64,000 bases of DNA from an uncultured Desulfatitalea sp. (GTDB lineage Bacteria; Desulfobacterota; Desulfobacteria; Desulfobacterales; Desulfosarcinaceae): positions 1,056,001 to 1,120,000 of the forward strand of contig CAXXMB010000001.1 in the NCBI GenBank assembly GCA_963668675.2, written 5' to 3'. The notes below the pieces were generated by a model. It had not been told where the DNA came from. It made no database searches and saw nothing but the letters and a program-made list of their open reading frames with translations. The position numbers were made by a program, and so were the translations under genes. This document shows positions 28,502 to 38,339 of this stretch, one piece after another; the stretch's first letter is position 1, and each line of letters opens with the position of its first letter.

Positions 28502-29533
28502 TCACTCAGGCTGGTCTTCAATGGCCGTCATTCTCGCTTTGAGGCGCTTAAGCTCTCTCCAGATCTCCGGCAGGCGGCGAAGCAGAAAATAAGCCCGCTT
28601 GGCCTTACCGGCCTCGAATGCCGGCGATCCCCATAGGACAGCACCGTCTTTGACATCGTCGCCTACCCCGGACTGCCCTCCAATCATGACGCCGTTGCCG
28701 ATGTTGAGGTGTCCGCCGATGCCGACTTGGCCAGCGGCCACGCAGTGATGCCCCAATGTTGTCGATCCGGCAATGCCCACCTGGGGGACGAGCAGACAGT
28801 ATGCCCCCACCTTCGTCCCGTGGCCAATCACTACTGAATCCCCGATCTTGGACCCTTGCCCGATGATGGTCTCTTCCATGGCGCCTCTTTCGATGCCGCT
28901 TCCGGCTCCCAACTCAACATCATCTTCCACGATCACCGCGCCGATATGGGGAATTTTATGATGAACCCCTTTATGGGTGGCAAAGCCGAAGCCGTCTTCA
29001 CCGACGGTAGCGTTGGCCTGGATAATCACCCGGTTGCCGATCCGGCAACGATCATAGATGACCACATTTGGGTAGAGGATGCAGTCGTCTCCGACGACAC
29101 TATTCGGGCCGATGAACACGCCCGGATAGATCGTGCAGTTGGCGCCGATACGGGCATTGTCAAACACAGTGACGTTGTGACTGATGGCCGTCCCCTCGCC
29201 GACCGTAGCACTGTCGGCTATATTGGCCCCTGCACTGATGCCGCTGAAGGGATGCCTCCGATGGCCGTGTATCAGCACGGCAATCTGCGTAAAAGCATAG
29301 TACGGGTCCTTGCAAACCAACAGAGACGCCTTTGAGTCAAGCTTCTCTTTGACCACCACGGCGGATGCCCCGGTCGTTTTAACCAGTCGGGTATATTTGC
29401 GATTGGCAAGGAAGCTGATATCGCCACTTCCGGCCTGCGCCAGGCCGGCTGCCGACGTAATCTCGATATCCGCATCTCCCAGGACCTGGCCGTCCACATG
29501 GGCTGCAAGGTCACCCAAAGTGTATGATTTCAT
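28502..29533 (-). CDS. lpxD: UDP-3-O-(3-hydroxyacyl)glucosamine N-acyltransferase
   Basis: ISFLANRKY, DPYYAF, hexapeptide repeats, GEDGFGFA and KIPHIGAV motifs. Confidence 0.93.
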   Translation of the reverse strand: MKSYTLGDLAAHVDGQVLGDADIEITSAAGLAQAGSGDISFLANRKYTRLVKTTGASAVVVKEKLDSKASLLVCKDPYYAFTQIAVLIHGHRRHPFSGISAGANIADSATVGEGTAISHNVTVFDNARIGANCTIYPGVFIGPNSVVGDDCILYPNVVIYDRCRIGNRVIIQANATVGEDGFGFATHKGVHHKIPHIGAVIVEDDVELGAGSGIERGAMEETIIGQGSKIGDSVVIGHGTKVGAYCLLVPQVGIAGSTTLGHHCVAAGQVGIGGHLNIGNGVMIGGQSGVGDDVKDGAVLWGSPAFEAGKAKRAYFLLRRLPEIWRELKRLKARMTAIEDQPE

Positions 29534-29671
29534 TGGATCGCCTCTCTCTCTGTCACATCGATATAGGTGAGCTGTCACTGAAAATTTTAGACACAATATG
29601 ACCTTTTATGAAGAGAAGGGTCAAGAGGAAACAGGCGAGCTATAGGGAGGCATTCGGGAAGTTTCTGAAAA

Positions 29672-29704
29672 TCGGGCAAGATCCAAAGGACGAATCCTGC
29701 CCGA
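29672..29704 (-). terminator. Hairpin with T-tail on the minus strand
   Basis: TCGGGCAAGAT...ATCCTGCCCGA, preceded by AAAA on the + strand. Confidence 0.45.
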
Positions 29705-30087
29705 CATGAAAAAGGGGATATTGGGTATATGATCAACATTGGCTTACCGGCTTCATTCGATGAGGAGTCGGCGAATCGCCAAATGGTTGCCCGGTACGAT
29801 CAGCCGTGCGCTATTGTAGTATCTGCAAGTCATATGCCCAAAATGCTCTATGGTAGATTGACAGTTTTAACTGCCACTTACTCCCTTTGACGGTTACGAA
29901 TAAGGAAAAACCCCCTGATACTTGTCAGCAGGGCGGCCGATTATTGTCAGATGAGGCACAAATAAACTGGGCGCCCCAGGTGCCTTCCCCCTTCCATTCT
30001 CAGGTAAGTCACCGGGAACGCCCATTGCGCACCCTGTCCTCATTTATCCGACAAAATAAGCTGCTATACTGTGATCTACATCACACT

Positions 30088-30429
30088 TTATTCGCCAGGT
30101 TCAATTTTGATATCGCAGAGGCCAAATCCTTCCCACTCGCTCAGGGGTCTGCTCGAAGTAAGCACGTAACCTTGGGAGACCGCATCGGCAGAGTAGCCGA
30201 TCGTGACATCGCCAACCGTTTGATGAACCGATGAGCTGATGAGAAATTTGAGTCCGTCTCTTTCGCAAATCATGTCATCTTCACGTGCTCGGTCCACGCA
30301 AATTCCCAGAGAAGGGTCGCAACAGCCGGTGGATTGGAGATCGATGCGAAGCGGCGCGTTCACGCCATTGTCCTTTATAAACGTCTTTATTTTCTCAGTT
30401 GCCTGCGGTTCAAGTTTGATGAACGTCAT
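30088..30429 (-). CDS. IscA/HesB-like protein
   Basis: LRIDLQSTGCCDPSLGICVD...DGLKFLI. The start MTFIKL has a CAGGAG RBS. Confidence 0.8.
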   Translation of the reverse strand: MTFIKLEPQATEKIKTFIKDNGVNAPLRIDLQSTGCCDPSLGICVDRAREDDMICERDGLKFLISSSVHQTVGDVTIGYSADAVSQGYVLTSSRPLSEWEGFGLCDIKIEPGE

Positions 30430-30593
30430 CTCCTGCCCCCCCTTCAAATAGAGCCTCTGTATACCATATACGGTATTTCCACTACACGTATGGACACCAT
30501 ATATGGTGTTTTGGTTGATAATCCCGTCAATCCGATGGGACGTTTCTGTCCGTTCGACTCTCACTGCTGCGGCAAGATACGCAGTCAGCTGAT

Positions 30594-32015
30594 TTATTTA
30601 CGTTTAGGGCTGTGGTAATGGGTCGACATCCCCTGAAACACATCGGCTGCCTCCATAACGGTCTCCGAGAGGGTCGGGTGCGGATGGATGGTCAGCCCAA
30701 CGTCTGTGACATTGGCGGCCATCTCCAGTGCCAGAACACCCTCTGCGATCATCTCGCCGGCGCCGGTGCCAACGATCCCCATGCCCAATATGCGTTCGCT
30801 CTCCGGATCGACCACCAGTTTGGTCAATCCGTCATTGCGGCCGAGTGTGGCGGCCCGCCCCGAAGCGGCCCAGGGAAACCGAGCGGTTTTGATTTTGATA
30901 CCGTTTTGTTTTGCCTCTGTTTCAGTCAGTCCGACCCAGGCGATTTCGGGATCGGTAAACACCACGGCTGGTATACCCGCCGGTTCGAACGCCACCTTAT
31001 GCTGTGCAATCGCCTCGGCCGCGGTCCGGCCTTCGTGAGTGGCCTTGTGGGCCAGCATGGGTTCACCGGCCACATCACCGATAGCGAAGATATGGGGCTC
31101 TGCCGTCCGGCATTGCTGGTCCACCCGAATGAAACCTTTGTCATCCAGTTCGACGCGGGTGTTTTCCAGCCCCACTTCCCTGGTGTTGGGTCTCCGGCCA
31201 ACCGCCATGAGCACTTTATCGAAGAGCTGGGCACTGCCCTCTTCTTCCGGACTGTCCATCACCACCTTGATGCCGTTTTTCTGATGCGTGAGGCGCTTCA
31301 CCGTGGTCTGCAGATGTACGGCCTCGAAGCGCTCATCGATCCGCTTTTTCAGAAAGCGAACCAGGTCCTTGTCCACACCGGGCAGCAGGCTTCCGGTCAT
31401 TTCGGCCACCTGAACTCTGGACCCGAAGGCGGCATAAACGGTGCCGAGTTCCAGTCCGATGTAGCCGCCACCGATCACCAGCAGTCGTTTGGGTATGGAT
31501 GCCAGTTCCAGAGCACGGGTCGAGTCCCACAGGTGGTCGGAGGTGATATCCAGCGTTTTGAGCCGAACCGGATGGGAGCCGGTGGCGATGATAGCGTGTT
31601 CGAATCCGAGCCTGGCCTCCTTGCCGTCGTCATCTGCAATCTTCAGAGTCCGGTTGTCCTCGAAAAATGCCCTGCCCCGGAGATGTTGTACTTTTTTCTG
31701 TTTGGCCAACTGCCCCAGGCCTGAGGTCATCTTGGCCACGACCTCATTTTTCCATCCCTGCAGGCGCTCACGGTCGACCTTGAGTCCGGTGAATTTCAAC
31801 CCGAACGCCTCTGCATCCCTGGCCTCACGGATGACACTGGCGGCGTGCAGGAGTGCTTTGGAGGGAATGCAGCCTCTGTAGAGGCATACCCCCCCGGGAT
31901 TCTCCCCGGGATCGACCAACGTCACCTGCAATCCCAGATCCGCAGCCATGAAGGCGGCGGCATATCCGCCGGGACCTGCGCCGATGACGACCACTTGCGT
32001 TGCGTTATCTGTCAT
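30594..32015 (-). CDS. lpdA: Dihydrolipoyl dehydrogenase (E3)
   Basis: GAGPGGY, GGVCLYRGCIPSK and HPHPTLSE motifs. Confidence 0.96.
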   Translation of the reverse strand: MTDNATQVVVIGAGPGGYAAAFMAADLGLQVTLVDPGENPGGVCLYRGCIPSKALLHAASVIREARDAEAFGLKFTGLKVDRERLQGWKNEVVAKMTSGLGQLAKQKKVQHLRGRAFFEDNRTLKIADDDGKEARLGFEHAIIATGSHPVRLKTLDITSDHLWDSTRALELASIPKRLLVIGGGYIGLELGTVYAAFGSRVQVAEMTGSLLPGVDKDLVRFLKKRIDERFEAVHLQTTVKRLTHQKNGIKVVMDSPEEEGSAQLFDKVLMAVGRRPNTREVGLENTRVELDDKGFIRVDQQCRTAEPHIFAIGDVAGEPMLAHKATHEGRTAAEAIAQHKVAFEPAGIPAVVFTDPEIAWVGLTETEAKQNGIKIKTARFPWAASGRAATLGRNDGLTKLVVDPESERILGMGIVGTGAGEMIAEGVLALEMAANVTDVGLTIHPHPTLSETVMEAADVFQGMSTHYHSPKRK

Positions 32016-32133
32016 GGAAATTTCTCCTTCTTCCGCCTGATCGAATTGCTGTCGCCTCCAAGCACCACCAACCTTCCCCAATAGGACGTGGATGCGGTTT
32101 CAAACGGTATCTTATCAAACGTGATACCTAACG

Positions 32134-33465
32134 CTAATCCAAATGGAGGTTGAACGGTTGCTCCAGACATTCGCAGATCCACCTGAGGAACCGCGCTGCA
32201 TCAGCGCCATCGATGATGCGGTGGTCATAGGAGAGCGCCAGCGGAAGCATCGAACGGGGCTGAAACGCCCCGTCGAGGTAGAGCGGTTCTACAGCGGTCC
32301 TGCTGATGCCCAAAATTGCCGCCTGGGGCCACATGACGATGGGGGTGAACTGTGTGCCACCGATACCGCCCTGATTGGAGATGGTGAAGCTGCCCCCCTC
32401 CATCTCATCTGGCTTTATCTTTTTATTGCGAGCCCGTTCGGCCAGGTCACTGATATCGGCGGCCAGTTCGCTGATGCTTTTGCCATCGGCATTGCGAATG
32501 ACCGGAACAAGCAGCCCTCGTTCGGTGTCCACAGCGACACCGATATGAACATACTTTTTGAATATCAATCGATTACCCCCCATATCGATGCTGGCGTTGA
32601 AACGGGGGAATTTCAACAAAGCGGCCGCGCACACCTTGGCCACCACCGCCGTTACGGTAAGTTTGATACCGCGGCGCTGCAGTTTGGCCCCCTTATTCTT
32701 TAAAAAGCTCTCCAGAAGGGTGATATCGCTTCGGTCGAACTGGGTCACATGCGGCACCATCTGCCATGACGTGGCCGTGCTTTGGGCGGTCAGTCGACGC
32801 ACCGCCGGCAGCTCGACCGGCTCGATTTCGCCCCAACGGCTGAAATCGGGCAGGGAGGGTTCGTGGGCGGGGATGGTCGGACCGGATGGTGCAGCAGCGC
32901 CACCCTGTTTCACGAAGGCCTTCACGTCGTCCTCGGAGATGCGCCCCCCGGGCCCATGGCCTTGAACCTGGTAAATGTCGACTCCCAATTCACGCGCAAA
33001 TCGCCTTACCGAGGGGGCTGCCGGAGCGGGTGGCCGTTTCGTTTCAGGCTCGGACTGGCCAGGTCCGTCATCTTTTCGCGTCGATTGATCAATGTCACGC
33101 GAGCTCTTGCGAGTGGTGGCTTTTTCCTCATCGGAGTCGTCGGACACCCGTTCGGAAGACGCCTTGGTCTTTTTGTGAACCTTGGCCTCTGCCGGTTCGT
33201 CCGCCGTCTTGGATGTCTCGTTTTGATCGGACGTCTCGATCTTTGCGATCAGATCGCCGACTTTCAACTCCTGCCCTTCTGAGATCGGTATCTCCACGAT
33301 CTTGCCATAAGCAGTAGAGGGAATTTCGACCAGTGCCTTCTCGGTCTCGAATTCGATAAGGATATCGTCGATCTCAACCGTCTCCCCGACTTGAACCAGC
33401 ACCTTGACCACCTTGCCGCTGGTGACATTCTCACTGATTTCCGGAATCCTGACCTCTTCTATCAT
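32134..33465 (-). CDS. aceF: Pyruvate dehydrogenase E2 acetyltransferase
   Basis: Lipoyl domain (ETEKA), E3-binding PSVRRFARELG and DHRIIDG motifs. Confidence 0.93.
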   Translation of the reverse strand: MIEEVRIPEISENVTSGKVVKVLVQVGETVEIDDILIEFETEKALVEIPSTAYGKIVEIPISEGQELKVGDLIAKIETSDQNETSKTADEPAEAKVHKKTKASSERVSDDSDEEKATTRKSSRDIDQSTRKDDGPGQSEPETKRPPAPAAPSVRRFARELGVDIYQVQGHGPGGRISEDDVKAFVKQGGAAAPSGPTIPAHEPSLPDFSRWGEIEPVELPAVRRLTAQSTATSWQMVPHVTQFDRSDITLLESFLKNKGAKLQRRGIKLTVTAVVAKVCAAALLKFPRFNASIDMGGNRLIFKKYVHIGVAVDTERGLLVPVIRNADGKSISELAADISDLAERARNKKIKPDEMEGGSFTISNQGGIGGTQFTPIVMWPQAAILGISRTAVEPLYLDGAFQPRSMLPLALSYDHRIIDGADAARFLRWICECLEQPFNLHLD

Positions 33466-33559
33466 ACGGGCTCCCTGTGGTTTGGTTGGTTGCCATCCAT
33501 GCATAAGGTTCCGTTGCAGGTTTATGTTTGGTGGCCGTCAGGCTTTCCGGCCGCGATCG

Positions 33560-36262
33560 CTAGTAAAATAGGGGGTTTTCTTTATCCGGTTCTATTTTTA
33601 ACGCCTTGGCGGCCCTCTTGACGTCGGCCACGGCGATTCGCTTTTCCCGCGCCAACGCACTCAGGGCAGCAAAGGCGATGTGGCGGGCATCGACTTCGAA
33701 AAAGTCGCGCAGCGCCTCACGGGACTCGCTGCGGCCATAACCATCGGTTCCCAACAGGGTCACCGGACCCGGAATCCATTTGGCAACACTGGCCGGCAGT
33801 GTTTTGACGTAATCGGAAGCGGCAACGAAAATTCCGTCCTCCTTGCCCAACTGCTGTTCAATATAGTTTTGCCGGGGTTTGCGCTCCGGATGGCGCCAAT
33901 TCCAACGTTCTGTTTCGATGGCATCCCAGTATAGGTTTTTATAACTGGTTACGCTCCATACATCCACCGAAACGTCGTAGGACCCTTCGAGGATCTCCCT
34001 GGCCTTGAGGACTTCGTTCAAAATAGTGCCGCTGCCCAGCATGTGTACCTTGCTCTTGCCCCCCTTTTTTTCGGATCGCGCAAAGCGATAGAGGCCTTTC
34101 AGTATGCCCTCCTCGACCCCTTCGGGTTTGACTGGCATGGGGTAGAGCTCGTTCATGATAGTAATGTAGTAAATGATGTTCTCCCCCGCCTCGAACATTC
34201 GCCGCATGCCCTCCCGGACAATCACCGCCAACTCGTATGCGAACGCCGGGTCGTAAGCCATGACGGAAGGATTGGCATATGCCAGCAGGTGACTGTGGCC
34301 GTCCTGGTGCTGCAACCCTTCTCCGGCCAAGGTGGTTCGCCCGGATGTGGCCCCAAGCAGAAACCCCCTTGTCTGTGCGTCTCCGGCGGCCCATATCAAG
34401 TCGCCGATGCGCTGGAAACCGAAGATCGAGTAGTAGAAAAAGAAGGGGATCATATTGATGCCGTGGGTCGAATATGCTGTCCCTGCTGCGATAAAAGAAG
34501 ACATGGCACCCGCTTCGGTGATGCCCTCTTCCAGAATCTGACCGTCTTTGGCTTCTCGGTAGTAGAGCAGGCTCTCCTTGTCCACCGGCTCGTAAGTCTG
34601 GCCAACGTGGGAGTAGATGCCGATGGCGCGAAACATCGACTCCATGCCGAAAGTACGGGCTTCGTCGGGAACGATGGGAACGATGTTTGGCCCGGTCTTC
34701 TTATCCTTTAGCAGTTTTGCCAACAGGTGCACCATCACCATGGTGGTGGCCACTTCCCGCTCGCCGCTTCCCTCCATGAACTCGTCATAGAACGATTCAC
34801 CCGGCGGACGGACGGACGGCACCGACCAGCTTCGCGCCGGTATATATCCGCCCAGTTGACGTCGGCGTTCCTGCAGGTATTTCATCTCTTCGCTCTCAGC
34901 CGCAGGCCTGTAAAACGGCATCTTTTGAATCTCTTCATCGGGAATGGGAATTCCAAAGCGGCTGCGGAAATAGCGCAGCTCCTCGTCGTTGAGCTTTTTT
35001 TGCTGATGAGTGACGTTGCGCCCCTCACCGGCCTCGCCGAGACCGTACCCCTTAATGGTCTTTGCGAGAATAACCGTTGGTGCTCCCTCGTGAGTCACCG
35101 CCGCTTGGTAGGCGGCGTAAACCTTCTGGGGATCATGCCCCCCCCTGCGAAGCTTGAAAAGCTGCTCATCGGAATAGTTACGAACCATCTGTTCAAGCTG
35201 GGGATATCGGCCGAAGAAATCGTTGCGGATATAGTCGCCGCCGGCCACCGAGTACATCTGGTACTGGCCGTCGGGGACCTCCTCCATGCGCTTGATGAGC
35301 ACCCCCTCCTCATCCTGGGCAAGCAGTGGATCCCAATCGGCGCCCCAAATGACCTTGATCACGTTCCAGCCGGCCCCGCGAAAAGCGGCCTCGAGTTCCT
35401 GTATGATCTTTCCGTTTCCGCGCACCGGGCCATCCAGGCGCTGCAGATTGCAGTTGACCACAAAAATAAGGTTATCCAGCCGCTCCCGTGAGGCCAGGGT
35501 GATGGCGCCCAGGGACTCGGGCTCATCTATTTCGCCGTCACCCAAAAAGGCCCACACCTTCTGATCGTCGGGCGATTTCAATCCGCGGTCCTGCAGGTAG
35601 CGATTGAAACGTGCCTGGTAGATAGCCATCAGTGGGGACAACCCCATGGAGACAGTGGGAAATTGCCAGAACTCCGGCATCAAGTAAGGGTGCGGATAGG
35701 AAGAGAGCCCTCCGCCGGGTTTCAATTCCCGGCGGAAGTTCTCCAGGTGCTTTCGATCGATACGTCCCTCTAAAAAGGCGCGGGCGTATATGCCCGGGGC
35801 TGCGTGGCCCTGAAAATAGACGATGTCACCCGGATGGTTGGCGCTTTTGGCTCTGAAGAAGTGGTTGAAACCCACCTCGTAAAGCGTGGCGGAGGAGGCG
35901 TAGGTGGAGATATGGCCGCCGATACCGCTGCTTTCCCGATTGGCCCTCACCACCATCGCCATGGCATTCCAGCGGATGATGCTTTTGATGCGCCGCTCGA
36001 TCTCACGGCTACCAGGATAGGCCGGTTGCCGGTCTGTTGAAATGGTGTTGATATAAGGGGTGTTTGCTGAAAATGGAAACGCCGCGCCCCGCTCCTGGGC
36101 GCGGGTTTGCAGCAAGCGCAGTAGTTCGTGCACACGCTCCGGGCCCTGGTTTTCGTATACGTAATCGAGAGATTCTATCCACTCCCTGTTCTCATGGATC
36201 AGATCCTCGAGACCGCCGATGGTGCTCTCGCTTTCTTCTGTTGACATAGGCCTGTACTCCAT
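33560..36262 (-). CDS. aceE: Pyruvate dehydrogenase E1, homodimeric type
   Basis: GGHISTYAS, QFPTVSMGL, GDGE and GEGLQHQDG motifs. Confidence 0.96.
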   Translation of the reverse strand: MEYRPMSTEESESTIGGLEDLIHENREWIESLDYVYENQGPERVHELLRLLQTRAQERGAAFPFSANTPYINTISTDRQPAYPGSREIERRIKSIIRWNAMAMVVRANRESSGIGGHISTYASSATLYEVGFNHFFRAKSANHPGDIVYFQGHAAPGIYARAFLEGRIDRKHLENFRRELKPGGGLSSYPHPYLMPEFWQFPTVSMGLSPLMAIYQARFNRYLQDRGLKSPDDQKVWAFLGDGEIDEPESLGAITLASRERLDNLIFVVNCNLQRLDGPVRGNGKIIQELEAAFRGAGWNVIKVIWGADWDPLLAQDEEGVLIKRMEEVPDGQYQMYSVAGGDYIRNDFFGRYPQLEQMVRNYSDEQLFKLRRGGHDPQKVYAAYQAAVTHEGAPTVILAKTIKGYGLGEAGEGRNVTHQQKKLNDEELRYFRSRFGIPIPDEEIQKMPFYRPAAESEEMKYLQERRRQLGGYIPARSWSVPSVRPPGESFYDEFMEGSGEREVATTMVMVHLLAKLLKDKKTGPNIVPIVPDEARTFGMESMFRAIGIYSHVGQTYEPVDKESLLYYREAKDGQILEEGITEAGAMSSFIAAGTAYSTHGINMIPFFFYYSIFGFQRIGDLIWAAGDAQTRGFLLGATSGRTTLAGEGLQHQDGHSHLLAYANPSVMAYDPAFAYELAVIVREGMRRMFEAGENIIYYITIMNELYPMPVKPEGVEEGILKGLYRFARSEKKGGKSKVHMLGSGTILNEVLKAREILEGSYDVSVDVWSVTSYKNLYWDAIETERWNWRHPERKPRQNYIEQQLGKEDGIFVAASDYVKTLPASVAKWIPGPVTLLGTDGYGRSESREALRDFFEVDARHIAFAALSALAREKRIAVADVKRAAKALKIEPDKENPLFY

Positions 36263-36631
36263 TTGATTTGAAGAGGCGCAAACGCGTTTGCCGCTGGAAG
36301 AGTCCTCTGGCTTTCTGATTTTTCACACACAGCGCATTGTGACGTCACTTATCGACCGTACTTTTATTATGACCAGATGGGCTTAACTTGTTAAACTATA
36401 TCTCGATATAGGGTATGACAAGAGCTGGTGACGTCTAAGGTAGATACTTTCCAACACTACCGGTACATGGTAGAGTGCCCTCACAGCATCTGAGCAGGCT
36501 GATTCAAAAGGGGTATCGCCTTGATTGATAGACCATTCGCCGGTACCACCGCAAGCCCCCATAGCCGGGCTACCATACGCATCCGCTTATGCCCGATAGA
36601 TAGACCCGAAAATTACCACAAGGAGCACATT

Positions 36632-38272
36632 ATGCCAGTGAGTCAACAAGCAGGCCGGCCGGCTGAGATAAACATGCTGGCCAATATTCCCGATTTGATC
36701 ACATCCTATTACAGTCGCAAACCGGACACCGCCATCCCAGAGCAACGGGTGGCGTTCGGCACTTCGGGTCATCGCGGCTCTTCACTGAAAAACAGCTTCA
36801 ATGAGGCGCATATCCTCGCCATAAGTCAGGCCATTTGCGAGTACCGTCACAAACAGGGCATTTCCGGCCCACTCTATCTGGGAATGGACACCCATGCCCT
36901 TTCGACGCCAGCTTTGGCCACGGCACTTGAAGTGCTGGCGGGCAACGGGGTGGACGTCATGATCGCCCCAGGCAACGAGTATACCCCTACACCGGCCATC
37001 TCTCATGCCATCCTGGTTCACAATAGCGGCCGTAAGCAGGGACTGGCCGACGGTATCGTGATCACCCCTTCACACAATCCCCCGGAAGATGGCGGTTTTA
37101 AATACAACCCGCCCAACGGCGGGCCGGCGGGCAGCGACATAACAGCCTGGATCGAGGATCGGGCCAACGCGTTGATGGCCGACGGCCTGAAGGCCGTCCG
37201 CCGAGTGGGTTACGAACGGGCGTTGAAAGCGGATACGACTCACATACACGACTTCATCGACGCCTATACCCGCGACCTGATCAATGTGATCGACATGGAT
37301 GCGATACGCGGGGCCGGTATTGCCCTGGGGGTCGACCCCATGGGCGGATCGGGCGTGAACTACTGGTCGGTCATCGCCGATCGCTACGACTTGAATCTTA
37401 CTGTCGTGGACGACAGTGTAGACCCCACCTTTCGTTTCATGTCCCTCGATTGGGATGGTCGTATCCGCATGGACCCCTCCTCTTCCTACGCCATGCAGCG
37501 GCTGATCGGCCTAAAGGAGCGTTTCGAGATTGGCTTCGGGTGCGATACCGACCACGACCGCCACGGCATCGTGACGCGCAGCCGGGGGTTGATGCCGCCC
37601 AATCACTACCTGGCGGTTTGCGTCTACTACCTGTTTCAAAACCGCCCCCAATGGCCGCTGGCAGCGGCAGTCGGCAAAACGCTGGTGAGCAGCCAGATGA
37701 TCGACCGCGTGGCCGCCCATCTCGGCAGGCACATCTACGAAGTGCCGGTGGGTTTCAAGTGGTTTGTGGATGGGCTGCTGGACGGCTCACTGGGATTTGG
37801 CGGAGAGGAGAGCGCCGGGGCGTCATTCGAACGCATGGACGGCTCGGCCTGGTCAACTGACAAGGATGGCATCATCGCCTCGCTGCTGGCGGCCGAGATA
37901 ACGGCCCGCATGGACCGGGATCCGGGCGACATCTATGCCGATCTGGAGAACCAATTCGGTGCACCGCTCTACGAGCGAATCGATGCGCCGGCCACCAAAG
38001 CCCAAAAAGCCGCCCTGTCCAAGCTGACGCCCGAAAAGCTTAAGCTCGACACGCTGGCCGGCGAGCCTGTCGAATCGGCCCTGACCAAGGCACCAGCTAA
38101 CAACGCTGCCATCGGTGGATTGAAAGTGTCCGCTGCAAACGGTTGGTTTGCCGCCCGACCGTCAGGCACCGAGGACATCTACAAGATTTATGCGGAGAGT
38201 TTTAAAGGGAAGGCGCATTTGAAAAAAATACAGGCCGAGGCCCAGGCGATCGTCACATCGGCAGTTGAATGA
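36632..38272 (+). CDS. pgm: Phosphoglucomutase
   Basis: [23 protein letters not shown] and RPSGTE motifs. AAGGAG RBS before ATG 36632. Confidence 0.95.
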   Translation: MPVSQQAGRPAEINMLANIPDLITSYYSRKPDTAIPEQRVAFGTSGHRGSSLKNSFNEAHILAISQAICEYRHKQGISGPLYLGMDTHALSTPALATALEVLAGNGVDVMIAPGNEYTPTPAISHAILVHNSGRKQGLADGIVITPSHNPPEDGGFKYNPPNGGPAGSDITAWIEDRANALMADGLKAVRRVGYERALKADTTHIHDFIDAYTRDLINVIDMDAIRGAGIALGVDPMGGSGVNYWSVIADRYDLNLTVVDDSVDPTFRFMSLDWDGRIRMDPSSSYAMQRLIGLKERFEIGFGCDTDHDRHGIVTRSRGLMPPNHYLAVCVYYLFQNRPQWPLAAAVGKTLVSSQMIDRVAAHLGRHIYEVPVGFKWFVDGLLDGSLGFGGEESAGASFERMDGSAWSTDKDGIIASLLAAEITARMDRDPGDIYADLENQFGAPLYERIDAPATKAQKAALSKLTPEKLKLDTLAGEPVESALTKAPANNAAIGGLKVSAANGWFAARPSGTEDIYKIYAESFKGKAHLKKIQAEAQAIVTSAVE

Positions 38273-38291
38273 AGATCTCTGCTGCAGATCA

Positions 38292-38322
38292 GGGCGGGCG
38301 CAAAACTCGCCCCCCTTTTCTT
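38292..38322 (+). terminator. Probable intrinsic terminator
   Basis: GGGCGGG CGCAAAA CTCGCCC followed by a pyrimidine/T run. Confidence 0.5.
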
Positions 38323-38339
38323 CCGGTCAATCTGTCGGG

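Noticed and set aside
30088..30429. HesB-like selenoprotein
   Set aside because: The motif is encoded by Cys codons with no in-frame UGA.
30612..31724. Long antisense ORFs (also 56588-57679, 44010-44759, 45701-46489, 34727-35491)
   Set aside because: Shadow frames of well-supported genes in GC-rich DNA with no recognisable motifs.
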